From positions 1,715,156 through 1,779,155 of the forward strand of contig CAWKMU010000003.1 in the NCBI GenBank assembly GCA_963850905.1: DNA of 64,000 bases, written 5' to 3'. Both the position numbers and the translations under genes were made by a program. This DNA comes from an uncultured Gemmatimonadales bacterium (lineage in GTDB: Bacteria > Gemmatimonadota > Gemmatimonadetes > Gemmatimonadales > Gemmatimonadaceae). This document shows, piece after piece, positions 54,188 to 63,741 of this stretch; position 1 is the stretch's first letter; every line of letters starts with the position of its first letter. The notes under the pieces were generated by a model. It ran no database searches. It was not told where the DNA came from and worked only from the letters and a program-made list of their open reading frames with translations.

Positions 54188-56696
54188 ATGGCATCAGCGA
54201 AGAAACCAGCAGGCAAACGCGCACAAGCTGCGCAGTCGTCGACGCCGAAACGCGCCGCGACTGGGCGCGCGCGTACATCCAAAACCGGACGGCCGCAGTC
54301 GGCGCGCGGCCGCGGCGGACGTCGCAGCGCCGAAGCGATTTTGCCGCCGCCCCCGCCGGGGACGACGGCGCTCGTCATCGTCGAATCGCCGGCCAAGGCG
54401 CAAGACGATCAGCAAGTACCTGGGTCGTGGTTATCGCGTGAAGGCGACCGTCGGACACGTCCGCGACCTGCCCCAGAAGAAGCTCGGCGTCGATGTCGAT
54501 CACGGGTTCAAGCCCGAGTACGTGACGATCGCCGGCAAGGAGAAGACGCTGGCGGAGCTGCGCGACGCCGCCAAGGACTCGCGCGAGATCTACCTCGCGA
54601 CCGACCCGGATCGCGAGGGCGAAGCCATCGCGTGGCACGTCGCGGGTCAGATCGCGCGGAAGTCGGGATCGGTTCCGATTCGGCGGGCGCTCTTCCACGA
54701 AGTGACGAAGGACGCTGTGCAGCGCGCGCTCGCGAACGCGGGCGAGATCGATGAGCGCAAGGTGAACGCGCAGCAGGCGCGGCGCGTGCTCGACCGACTG
54801 GTCGGATACAAGGCGAGTCCCGTGCTCTGGAAGACCGTGAAGAAGGGTCTGTCCGCGGGGCGCGTGCAGACGGTTGCGTTGCGGATGCTCGTGGAGCGCG
54901 AGCGGGAGATCCGTGCCTTCAAGGCGGTCGAGTACTGGACCGTCGGGGCCGAGCTCCAGAAGGAGGATCAGAAGTTCACCGCCCGGCTCCATCAAATCGT
55001 CGGCAAGAAGCCGGAGATTCACAACGAGCTCGAAGCCGCGCGTATCGTCGAGGCGGTGCGCGCGACCGCGGCCGAGCTCCGTGGCTCGATGAACGGCGCG
55101 GTCGAGGACGTGGCCGATGCGATCGGCGTGTTCCCGGTGACGGAAGTCAAGCGGCGCGCGCGGCGCAAGAATCCGCAAGCGCCCTTCACGACGAGCACGC
55201 TGCAGCAGGAAGCCGCGAAGAAGCTGGGGTTCGGTTCCAAGCGCACGATGCGGCTGGCGCAGGACCTGTATGAAGGCATTGATCTCGGCCCTGACGGAGC
55301 GGTCGGTCTCATCACGTACATGCGCACCGACTCGACCCGCGTGTCCGAGGCCGCCGCGACGCACGCCCGGGAGCATATCGAGACGATGTTCGGTGCGAGC
55401 TTTCTGGCCGAGGCGCCCCGACTGTTCAGCGACTCTGGAAAAAACGCGCAGGACGCGCACGAGGCGGTTCGGCCCACCGATGTCACGCGCCGCCCCGAGC
55501 TCGTGCAGCCGTACTTGTCGGACGACCAGCTCAAGCTCTATCAGCTCGTGTGGCAACGCTTCATGGCGTCCCAGATGGCACCCGCGGTCTTCGACACGAC
55601 GACGGTCGACTTCGACCTCGGCGACTATCAATTCCGCTCGACGGGAAGTGTGATCAAGTTCCGCGGCTTCCTCGCGGTGTATCGCGAGGGCCGGGAATCA
55701 CACGAAGGTCGGACCCTCGAGGACGAGCAGGCACTGCCCGAGATCCAGCAGGGCGAGCGCATCCCGGTGCGTGCGGTCACCCCCGTGCAACACTTCACCG
55801 AGCCCCCACCGCGCTACTCCGAGGCGAGTCTGGTCAAGGAGCTCGAGCGCCTGGGCATTGGCCGCCCGTCGACGTATGCGTCGATCATCTCGACCCTGGT
55901 GGACCGGCGCTACGCTCAGCTCGAGCAGCGGCGGTTCTTCCCGACCCCGTTGGGCGAGAGCGTCGAGAAGGTCATGGTGAAGCAGTTCCCCGACGTGTTC
56001 AACGTCAGCTTCACGTCCGAGATGGAAGGAGAGCTCGACAAGATCGAGGACGGGCAGCGCACGTGGCAGCGCGTGCTCAAAGACTTTTACGGTCCCTTCG
56101 CGATCTCGCTGGACAAGGTCGACGTCGGCCGCCTCATCGCGGCTGCGCATGACCTGTCAGCCGTGGCGAACGAGAAATGCCCGGACTGTGGCGGCAAGCT
56201 CGTGGCCAAGGGCGGCTTCTTCGGGCCGTTCCTCGCGTGCGAGAATCATCCCAAGAAGTGCAAGCACACGCGCCCGCTCGGGCGAGACCGCAAGCCTGCC
56301 GAGCCGACCAACTACATCTGCCACGAGTGCGGCGCACCCATGCTCAAACGTGGGGGTCGCACCGGCGATTTCCTTGGCTGCAGTCGGTTCCCGAAGTGCC
56401 GCGGCACGCGCTCCATGCCCACGGGCGTCATGTGCCCCAAGGATGGCGGAGAGCTCGCGGCGCGCCGATCCAAGAAGCGCGGCAAGATCTTCTACGGATG
56501 CGCCAACTACCCGAATTGCGATTTCGTGGCGTGGGACAAACCGGTGCGCGAGCATTGCCCTGAATGCGGATACGAAGGCGCGGAGGCCAAGTCCACCAAG
56601 TCGCGGGGTGAATACCGCAAGTGCCTGAAGTGCGCCAACGAATGGGATGTGGAGACGAAGCCGGAAACCGTGGAACCGGAGCGGGTGCCGGCCTGA
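54188..56696 (+). pseudogene. topA: DNA topoisomerase I, reading frame broken as sequenced
   Basis: A basic N-terminal tail leads into the Toprim start TALVIVESPAKA. An extra base lies at about 54401. The sequence then continues in ORF 54438..56696 as KTISKYLGRGYRVKATVGHVRDLP...DPDREGEAI...LITYMRTDS. Four C4 zinc ribbons sit at the C-terminus. Confidence 0.85.
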
Positions 56697-56703
56697 CGGC
56701 TGG

Positions 56704-57774
56704 TTATTTCTTGCCCGTCCCCAGGAACACCTCGGGATCCAGGTGCCCGCCCATCGACGGAAGGGGAGCCGGGTCGCTCTCATCCAAGCGCCCCAAATCG
56801 ATGCGGACGACGCCGGTCGGTGTCGGCTCCAGGAAGATGTTCGCGAACTTTCGACCCCAATCGACTTCCGCGGCCGTATAGGACCCGCGCGTCGTCACGG
56901 TCTGGAAAAAGGTCTCGTCGGTTCCTGACAGAAGTATCAGGAACTCCGCCTCCGATTTGAGCAACTCCTCGCGGGTCACTCCCCGGAGTGGGCTCGTCTC
57001 ATCGATGGGGTGTACGATCGTCCAGGACAGCGAGAAAAACACGACGCTGTTGCGCTCGAGCGGGAGCAGATTGAAGGTCCGCGTGCGTACGCCGTTGACG
57101 ATCTCGAAGCGAGCCAGCGTGACGCTCGCCTGGATGTTGGTGATCTCGTTGCGCCCCGCGTTCACGATTCGGAACATGAAGCCCGCGCCCCCACGGTACG
57201 GGGCGATCAGCGCCTGCCGACTGAAGCGGATGCGGGGAACGGGTCGGGAGAAGCGCGCGAAGATGATGCCGGTCGCGAGACCGATGCTCGCGAGCGCGGT
57301 GAACGACTCGAGGAGTACGAGGACGTTGGCGGTCCGCGAACCCGGGACGATCACCCCGAACCCGATCGTCGCGAACGTCTGGACGCTGAAGAAGAACGCT
57401 TGTGGAAAGCTGCCGTTCGGAAAGAGAGCGTCGCTCTCGTGCAGGGTAGCGGGTCCCGCGATGTAGTACGCCACGGCGAAGAGGAAGGCTATCGTGAGCC
57501 AGGCTGCGGCGAGAACGCCCAGGAACGGTAGCCACCGGATCGTGAGCAGAGAGTGATAGGGCGCCCCGAGCACGGCTGCGAGGCGGCTCCCGCGCCGGAC
57601 GTTGAACGACCCGTCGCGGTTCATCAGCCGAACACGACTCTCGGTTGCGACAACGTTACCAAAGCCGAGGTCCGTGGGCGCCTGTCCAGCGAGCGGGGAC
57701 GCCGGCATACCCGGAGGATCGGCAGGATCGGGAGAACCGACGGGGTGATGCGAGGTCTTCCGGTGGAACGCCAT
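56704..57774 (-). CDS. Inward-rectifier-type potassium channel (KirBac-like)
   Basis: The ATG at 57774. Two TM helices flank a pore helix with selectivity filter TIGFG ([18 protein letters not shown]). A cytoplasmic Ig-like IRK domain follows ([13 protein letters not shown]...[14 protein letters not shown]). Confidence 0.8.
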   Translation of the reverse strand: MAFHRKTSHHPVGSPDPADPPGMPASPLAGQAPTDLGFGNVVATESRVRLMNRDGSFNVRRGSRLAAVLGAPYHSLLTIRWLPFLGVLAAAWLTIAFLFAVAYYIAGPATLHESDALFPNGSFPQAFFFSVQTFATIGFGVIVPGSRTANVLVLLESFTALASIGLATGIIFARFSRPVPRIRFSRQALIAPYRGGAGFMFRIVNAGRNEITNIQASVTLARFEIVNGVRTRTFNLLPLERNSVVFFSLSWTIVHPIDETSPLRGVTREELLKSEAEFLILLSGTDETFFQTVTTRGSYTAAEVDWGRKFANIFLEPTPTGVVRIDLGRLDESDPAPLPSMGGHLDPEVFLGTGKK

Positions 57775-57801
57775 GCTCAGAACATATTCGTATCTTTCAG
57801 C

Positions 57802-59272
57802 ATGCGCTCGGACCGCGTTTACATCGTTGGGGGCGGCTTGGCCGGCTGTGAGGCCGCCTGGCAACTCGCCGAACGCCAGATCCCGGTCGTTCTCTTGGAG
57901 ATGCGGCCGGGTCAGCCGACACCTGCCCACCGAACAGATCGGCTCGCAGAGCTCGTTTGCTCCAACACGTTCAAGAGCACGGAGCTCACGAACGCGCACG
58001 GGTTGCTGAAAGCCGAGATGCGCGCGTTGGGCTCATTGGTGCTCGCCGCCGCCGATGCTGTGCGCGTCCCCGGTGGCACCGCGCTAGCGGTGGACCGTGA
58101 GGCGTTCGCAGCCCTGGTGACCGAACGGATCGCGACGCACCCGCAGATTCGCGTCGAACGGCGCGAGGTGGCGAGCCTCCCCACTCCCGGCATCGTCGCG
58201 ACGGGGCCGCTCACATCTCGATGCACTGGCCGCGGCGCTTCGGCAGCGACTCGGCGCGGAGGCGCTCGCGTTCTACGATGCGATCGCGCCGGTTGTCGAC
58301 GTCGACTCGCTGGACCGCGAGCGGGTGTTCAGGGCATCGCGCTATGGCAAGGAGACCATGAGCTGCGGGGTCGGAGGTCAGGGGTCAGGGGTTGGGGAAC
58401 GGCAACGGCCGACAGGCGACGACGGTTCGACGAGCCTCGAGTCGGACGGCGCCGCTGCGGGCGATCAGGAGCAAGGCGCGGGTGGGGCGTACATCAACTG
58501 CCCGTTCACCCGTGAGGAATACGACGCATTCATCGACGCGCTGAGCACCGCCGACCAGCATCAGGCTCACGAGTTCGATGCCGTGCCGTACTTCGAGGGG
58601 TGTCTGCCCGTCGAGGTGATGGCGCAGCGGGGTCGGGACGTGTTGCGTTTTGGTCCGCTCAAGCCTGTGGGGCTCGTCGACCCCCGGACCGGCCGGCGAC
58701 CGTATGCCGTCGTCCAGTTACGCCGCGAGGATCGTGCTGGCCGGATGTGGAATCTCGTAGGGTTTCAAACGCGGTTGCGCATCGGCGACCAGCAGCACGT
58801 ATTCCGAATGATCCCAGGGTTGAGAGAAGCGGAGTTTCTGCGTTACGGGTCGATCCATCGCAATTCCTACGTGAACACACCGGCGGTTCTGACCCCGTAC
58901 CTCTCGCTACGAGACGACCCGCACACGTTGCTCGCCGGGCAGATGACTGGAGTTGAGGGATATACCGAGAGCGCCGCCACGGGCCTCCTCGCGGGAATCA
59001 ATCTCGCCCGCCTGCTCGCCGGAGATGGGCCCATCCTCCCGCCACCTACCACGATGCTGGGCGCGTTGTACCGCTACCTGCGCGAGGCCGATCCGCGCCA
59101 TTTTCAGCCGATGAACGCGAACTTCGGGCTGCTCGATGAGCTGCCGGAAGTCGTGCGCGACAAGCGACGGAAGCGGGAATTGTTCGCGGAGCGTGCCTTG
59201 CGCGATCTGACATCCTGGCGCGATGCGGCGATGGCCAGCGGCGCACCGATCGCGGAATCATGCGCATCGTGA
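57802..59272 (+). pseudogene. trmFO: Folate-dependent tRNA (m5U54) methyltransferase TrmFO, frame broken as sequenced and carrying an in-frame repeat-derived insertion
   Basis: FAD motif [18 protein letters not shown]...ATGPLTS. An extra base lies at about 58219. The sequence then continues as [27 protein letters not shown]...RASRYGK, an insertion of about 45 aa, then [14 protein letters not shown]...GQMTGVEGYTESAATGLLAG. Confidence 0.85.
58365..58415. repeat. Heptad-arm element, half copy R8, inside the trmFO coding sequence
   Basis: GCGGGGTCGGAGGTCAGGGGTCAGGGGTTGGGGAACGGCAACGGCCGACAGG has the same terminal GCGGGGTC, the same GGGGTCA heptads and the same GGGAAC-G-CAACGGCCG junction as the intergenic copies. 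Here it is translated as [18 protein letters not shown]. Confidence 0.5.
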
Positions 59273-59294
59273 CGCCTCCGGACTCCGGCCGCTA

Positions 59295-60225
59295 ATGCCG
59301 CTTCCCGGCGCCTTCCTCGCCGATTTTCTCGCGCACCTGGAAAAAGAGCGAGATGTGTCGCCGCGCACGGTCACGGCATACGGACGCGACCTCGACGAGT
59401 TCGGCCGATTCCTGGCTGACTATTACGGCGGATCGAGTTGGACCTGGCAGGGCGTGGACCGCCTCGCCATCCGCAGCTACATGGGGCATCTCGACGCGGC
59501 GCGGCTTGGGCAAGCGCTCCGTTGCTCGTGCACTGTCGGCGGTCCGTAGCTTCTACCGATACCTTCACCTTTCGGACCTGGTCGACGTCAACCCGGCGCG
59601 CGGGGTCGGTTCACCGCGTCGCGACCGCCATCTGCCGACCTATCTCGATCGCGCGCAAGCCACGCGGCTGTTCGAGGCCGCGGAGTCGGCAGCGGCCACA
59701 GGCCGGTTCGCTGCGGTGCGGAATCTCGCGATGCTCGAGCTTTTCTATTCCACGGGCATGCGCCTGTCGGAGCTGTGTGGGCTCAGCCGACGCGATCTCG
59801 ACCTCGTCTCGCAGCAAGCCAAGGTGCGAGGGAAGGGTCGCAAGGAGCGCATTGTGCCCATCGGTGACCATGCGACTCGTGCACTGCGGGCGTACGACGC
59901 GCACCGCGAGACGCTCGTGACCTCGGTGGGCGCGCGGGCCGACCGCCTCGCCGTGTTCCTCAATCAGCGTGGACAGCGCATGAGCGCTCGAGGCGTGCAG
60001 GCCGCGATCACGCGCTGCCTCGCGGGCGTCGACGAAGCCGCTGGGCTGAGCGTCCACTCGCTTCGGCATACGGTTGCGACGCACCTCCTCGACGCGGGAG
60101 CTGATCTCCGCGCGGTGCAGGAGCTGCTCGGCCATGCCTCCGTGAGCACTACCCAGGTCTACACCCACACGAGCGTCGAGCGGCTCAAGCAGGTCTATCG
60201 CAAGGCGCATCCACGGGCGATGTGA
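59295..60225 (+). pseudogene. xerC: Tyrosine recombinase XerC/XerD (CodV-like), reading frame broken as sequenced
   Basis: N-terminal SAM-like domain FLAHLEKERDVSPRTVTAYGRDLDEF...IRSYMGHL. Conserved sequence continues in ORF 59353..60225 as RRGLGKRSVARALSAVRSFYRYL...MRLSELCGL...LRHTVATHLL...GHASVSTTQVYTH. The break is near 59490-59500. Confidence 0.85.
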
Positions 60226-60234
60226 GCGCGCGCC

Positions 60235-61446
60235 GTGGCTAGCCATTGGCGCGCGTCACTCCGCGCCGCCGAGCGTCGTACGAAGGCACTCATCATCAGG
60301 ATCCTGGGTAGCCTCGTGCGCCCCAGTGCGTCGCCGCCTCCGGACTGGAGCACGGGTCCGCACCGCGTGCTCTATCTTCGGTACGATCGGATCGGCGACA
60401 TGGTACTGGCGACCGGCATCATCAAGGCGATCGTTTCGGCGCAGCCGACCGTCACCGTCGACGTGCTTGCGTCGGTCGCGAACGCCGCAGTGCTGCGCGG
60501 CAATCCGCATGTCGGGACAGTGCTCACCATCGACCGCAAGCGACCCCTGAGCTATCTCGCGACGCTGGCTCGCGTGCGGCGCGCACGGTATGACGCGGTC
60601 GTCGACGCGATGGTGATGGCGCCGTCGCTGACGACCATGTTGCTCATGTGGGCGAGCGGCGCGCGCCACCGCATCGGTGTTGCGGAACGAGGGAATGACT
60701 TTGCGCTCACACTGCCGGTTGCCCGCGTCAGTGGCGCCGAGCACTACGTCGACCACTCCGCCGCGGTACTCGCGGCGTTCGGTGTCGATCCCGTGCGGGA
60801 GGCGCGACAGCGTGCCGTGAGTCCAGTGGGCACGTCGGGTGCGGATCCTGGATCCGGCGCCCGGATCTGTGCGTCCACCAACACGAGCTGGGGCATCTGG
60901 CAGCCGGAGCTCTTTCTGACGCCAGCGGAACTGGAGGAGGGGGAAGCGCGTTGGCACAAGGCGCGTGGCCAGGCGCCGACTGCGGCGGCCGGCGTCGGCC
61001 GACTCGTCGTGAACGTGTCAGCCGGTGCCGGGTGGCGATACTGGCCGGACGAGCGATTCATCGCGACGCTCGGCCGGATCCGGTCACGCTTTCCAGGGTG
61101 GTCGATTCTCCTGGTCGGTGCGCCGCAGGACTCGGAGCGCATGGCGCGGATCGGCGCCGCCTCGGGTGCGGCGGTGACGCACACGGCCCACTACCGCGAG
61201 ATGATGGCCGTCGTCGCGACCGCGGACGTGGCGCTCACCGCCGATACCTCCGTGACGCACATCGCGTCGGCATTTGGCCGGCCGGCCGTGGTGATGGCCG
61301 CACGGAACCGGGGCGGGCTCTATGGCCCCTATGGGACGGCCGGCCGGGCCGTCTCGACGACGAGCCTGTCGCTCGACTCGCTGGAGGTCGGGCCAGTGGC
61401 GGAGGCGTTGGAATCAGTCGTCGCCGCGGCGCGGCCGTCCCGCTGA
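60235..61446 (+). CDS. GT9-family glycosyltransferase (LPS heptosyltransferase-like)
   Basis: The sequences RVLYLRYDRIGDMVLATGIIKAI and TADTSVTHIASAFGRPAVVM are typical of GT9. The start is uncertain. Confidence 0.75.
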   Translation: MASHWRASLRAAERRTKALIIRILGSLVRPSASPPPDWSTGPHRVLYLRYDRIGDMVLATGIIKAIVSAQPTVTVDVLASVANAAVLRGNPHVGTVLTIDRKRPLSYLATLARVRRARYDAVVDAMVMAPSLTTMLLMWASGARHRIGVAERGNDFALTLPVARVSGAEHYVDHSAAVLAAFGVDPVREARQRAVSPVGTSGADPGSGARICASTNTSWGIWQPELFLTPAELEEGEARWHKARGQAPTAAAGVGRLVVNVSAGAGWRYWPDERFIATLGRIRSRFPGWSILLVGAPQDSERMARIGAASGAAVTHTAHYREMMAVVATADVALTADTSVTHIASAFGRPAVVMAARNRGGLYGPYGTAGRAVSTTSLSLDSLEVGPVAEALESVVAAARPSR

Positions 61447-61464
61447 CTGCGTTATTCTTCGACA

Positions 61465-62022
61465 ATGTCCACGCACCCACGATTCCCGACGATCTATGCC
61501 ACGACCATCCTGGCCGTACGTCGCGATGGCCAGCTCGCGCTAGGCGGTGATGGCCAGGTCACGGTCGGGGAAACGGTCATGAAGTCGAACGCGCAGAAGG
61601 TGCGCGCCCTCCGGGGAGGCAAGCTCCTGGCCGGCTTTGCAGGGGCAGCGGCCGACGCCTTTACGCTCTTCGAGAAGTTCGAGGAAAAGCTGGAGCGGTA
61701 CCCTGGCAACCTGCCGCGCGCGGCCGTCGAGCTTGCCAAAGATTGGCGGAGTGATCGGGTCCTTCGCCGGCTGGAGGCGCTGCTGGCAGTCGCCGACCGG
61801 CAACACGGGTTCATCATCTCGGGGACGGGCGATATCATCGAGCCCGACGACGGCATCCTCGCGATTGGCTCGGGTGGCTCGTACGCGCTCGCCGCGGCCC
61901 GCGCACTCAAGGACAACACCACGATGCCCCCAGTCGAGATCGTGCGTCGAGCGCTCGAGATCGCCGGCGAGATCTGTATCTACACGAACGACAACATCAC
62001 CGTGCTCGAACCCACGGGGTGA
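61465..62022 (+). CDS. hslV: ATP-dependent protease subunit HslV
   Basis: The sequence [22 protein letters not shown]...[20 protein letters not shown]...[14 protein letters not shown]. Confidence 0.9.
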   Translation: MSTHPRFPTIYATTILAVRRDGQLALGGDGQVTVGETVMKSNAQKVRALRGGKLLAGFAGAAADAFTLFEKFEEKLERYPGNLPRAAVELAKDWRSDRVLRRLEALLAVADRQHGFIISGTGDIIEPDDGILAIGSGGSYALAAARALKDNTTMPPVEIVRRALEIAGEICIYTNDNITVLEPTG

Positions 62023-62073
62023 GCGCGAGCACGGTGAGTTACTGTTAATTCACCACTTCATTAGGGGTCGGGG

Positions 62074-63662
62074 TTGTCCTCTAAACGCACTCAACAGGCG
62101 CTGGCCAAGCTGGCCGATCTCACACCACGGCAGATCGTGGCGGAGCTCAATCGCTACATCGTCGGCCAGGGTGAAGCGAAGAAAGCGGTGGCCATCGCGC
62201 TGCGGAACCGGTGGCGCCGTCAGCGCGCGCCCGAGACCATCCGGGAAGAGATCTCTCCCAACAACATCATCCTCATCGGCCCGACCGGGGTCGGGAAGAC
62301 GGAGATCGCGCGACGTCTGGCGAAGCTGGCAGGCGCCCCGTTCGTGAAGGTCGAGGCGTCGAAGTTCACGGAAGTCGGCTACGTCGGTCGTGATGTCGAA
62401 GGGATGGTTCGCGACCTGGTGGAGAGCGCGATCGATATGGTCAGGACGGAGCGCGAAGCGGAAGTCGAGGACCTCGCCAACGAACGCGTCGACGATCGAC
62501 TGCTCGATCTCCTGCTGCCCGTTCCGACGGATGCCAAGCCCAATGGGGCCGCACAAGCCGCGGTCCGTTCCGTCGTCCACTCCAGTCGGCGCCGCGACGG
62601 CGCACGCCGTGCCGGCAGGCCCGTCGTCGACCACCACCAGTGAGCGAGGAACGGTGTTCGTCGTATCGCCGCGCGGCGACGTCTCGGTCGGCGCCGGTGC
62701 GTCCAGTGCCAAATCCGCCGAATGAGCCGCCTGGTGACGGGGCGGGGGGCGACGAAGCTGCACAGGCCCGATATCAGCGCACGCGGGCGAAGCTACGCCA
62801 GCTGCTGCTCGACGGACAACTCGAGGGGCGCGAGGTGGAGGTCGAGGTGACGCACGCCGGCCCCCAGATGTGGGACGTCATGCTGCCGCAAGGCGCGCCT
62901 GAAGGGATGGAGAACTTCATGGAGATGCTCCAGGAGATGAGTCCGAAGCGGAAGAAACGCCGCACGGTCAAGGTCTCTGAAGCGCGCCGGATCCTCATAG
63001 AGCAGGAGTTGGACAAGCTCATCGATCACGAGGACGTGACCAGCGATGCGTTGGAGCGCGTCGAGAAGCTGGGCATCATCTTCCTCGACGAGATCGACAA
63101 GATCGCCGGCGAGCGAGGTCCGACAGGTGGTGGCGGGCCCGATGTTTCACGCGAAGGCGTGCAGCGGGATCTCCTGCCCATCGTCGAAGGCTCCAACGTC
63201 CAGACCAAGTACGGAATGGTGAAGACCGACCACGTCCTGTTCGTTGCGGCTGGCGCGTTCCACGTTTCCAAGCCCAGCGATCTGATCCCGGAGCTGCAAG
63301 GCCGGTTTCCGATCCGGGTCGAGCTCAAGCCGCTGACTGAGGAGGACTTCGTCCGGATCATGACCGAGCCGGAGAATGCGCTGACGAAGCAGTATGCGGC
63401 GCTCATCGAGGCTGAGGGCGCGACGCTCACCTTCACCGACGACGGCATCAGGGAGATCGCCAGCACGGCGGCACGCGTGAATCAGCGGATGGAGAATATC
63501 GGCGCCCGCCGGCTGCACACGGTGATGACGACGCTGCTCGAGGACGTCCTCTACGAGCTGCCCGATCGCGGTACGCAGCCCATCAACATCGATGCGGCGA
63601 GTGTGCGCGACCGGCTTCGCTCGATTGCCGACGACGAGGACTTGCGGAAGTACATACTTTAA
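62074..63662 (+). pseudogene. hslU: ATP-dependent protease ATPase subunit HslU, reading frame broken in the I-domain as sequenced
   Basis: N-terminal part [16 protein letters not shown]...[15 protein letters not shown]...[12 protein letters not shown] in the frame of 62074. The remainder ([23 protein letters not shown]...FLDEIDKI...[11 protein letters not shown]...ARRLHTVM) is in the frame of 62640. There is at least one indel between 62530 and 62725. The TTG start is tentative. Confidence 0.85.
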
Positions 63663-63741
63663 TCGACGGCGCACGCCGCCAGCCGGCCGCCGGGTCTCCC
63701 GGATCGGCCGTCCCGACTCGCTGCCCGACGCACCTCAACCC

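Noticed and set aside
53668-54396. A 242-aa minus-strand ORF spanning the aroK-topA spacer, together with the many other long antisense or alternate-frame ORFs in the track (for example 74..1384, 10793..12433, 21842..24184, 35647..36795, 54375..55631)
   Set aside because: These have Arg/Pro/Gly-rich, motif-free translations. They overlap genes with clear family signatures. Such shadow ORFs are expected when stop codons are rare in high-GC DNA.
59295-60225. Tyrosine recombinase as a marker of an integrated mobile element or genomic island
   Set aside because: It sits in the conserved topA-trmFO-xerC-hslVU housekeeping context and has XerC/XerD-type motifs. No att-like direct repeats, tRNA gene or phage/plasmid genes flank it.
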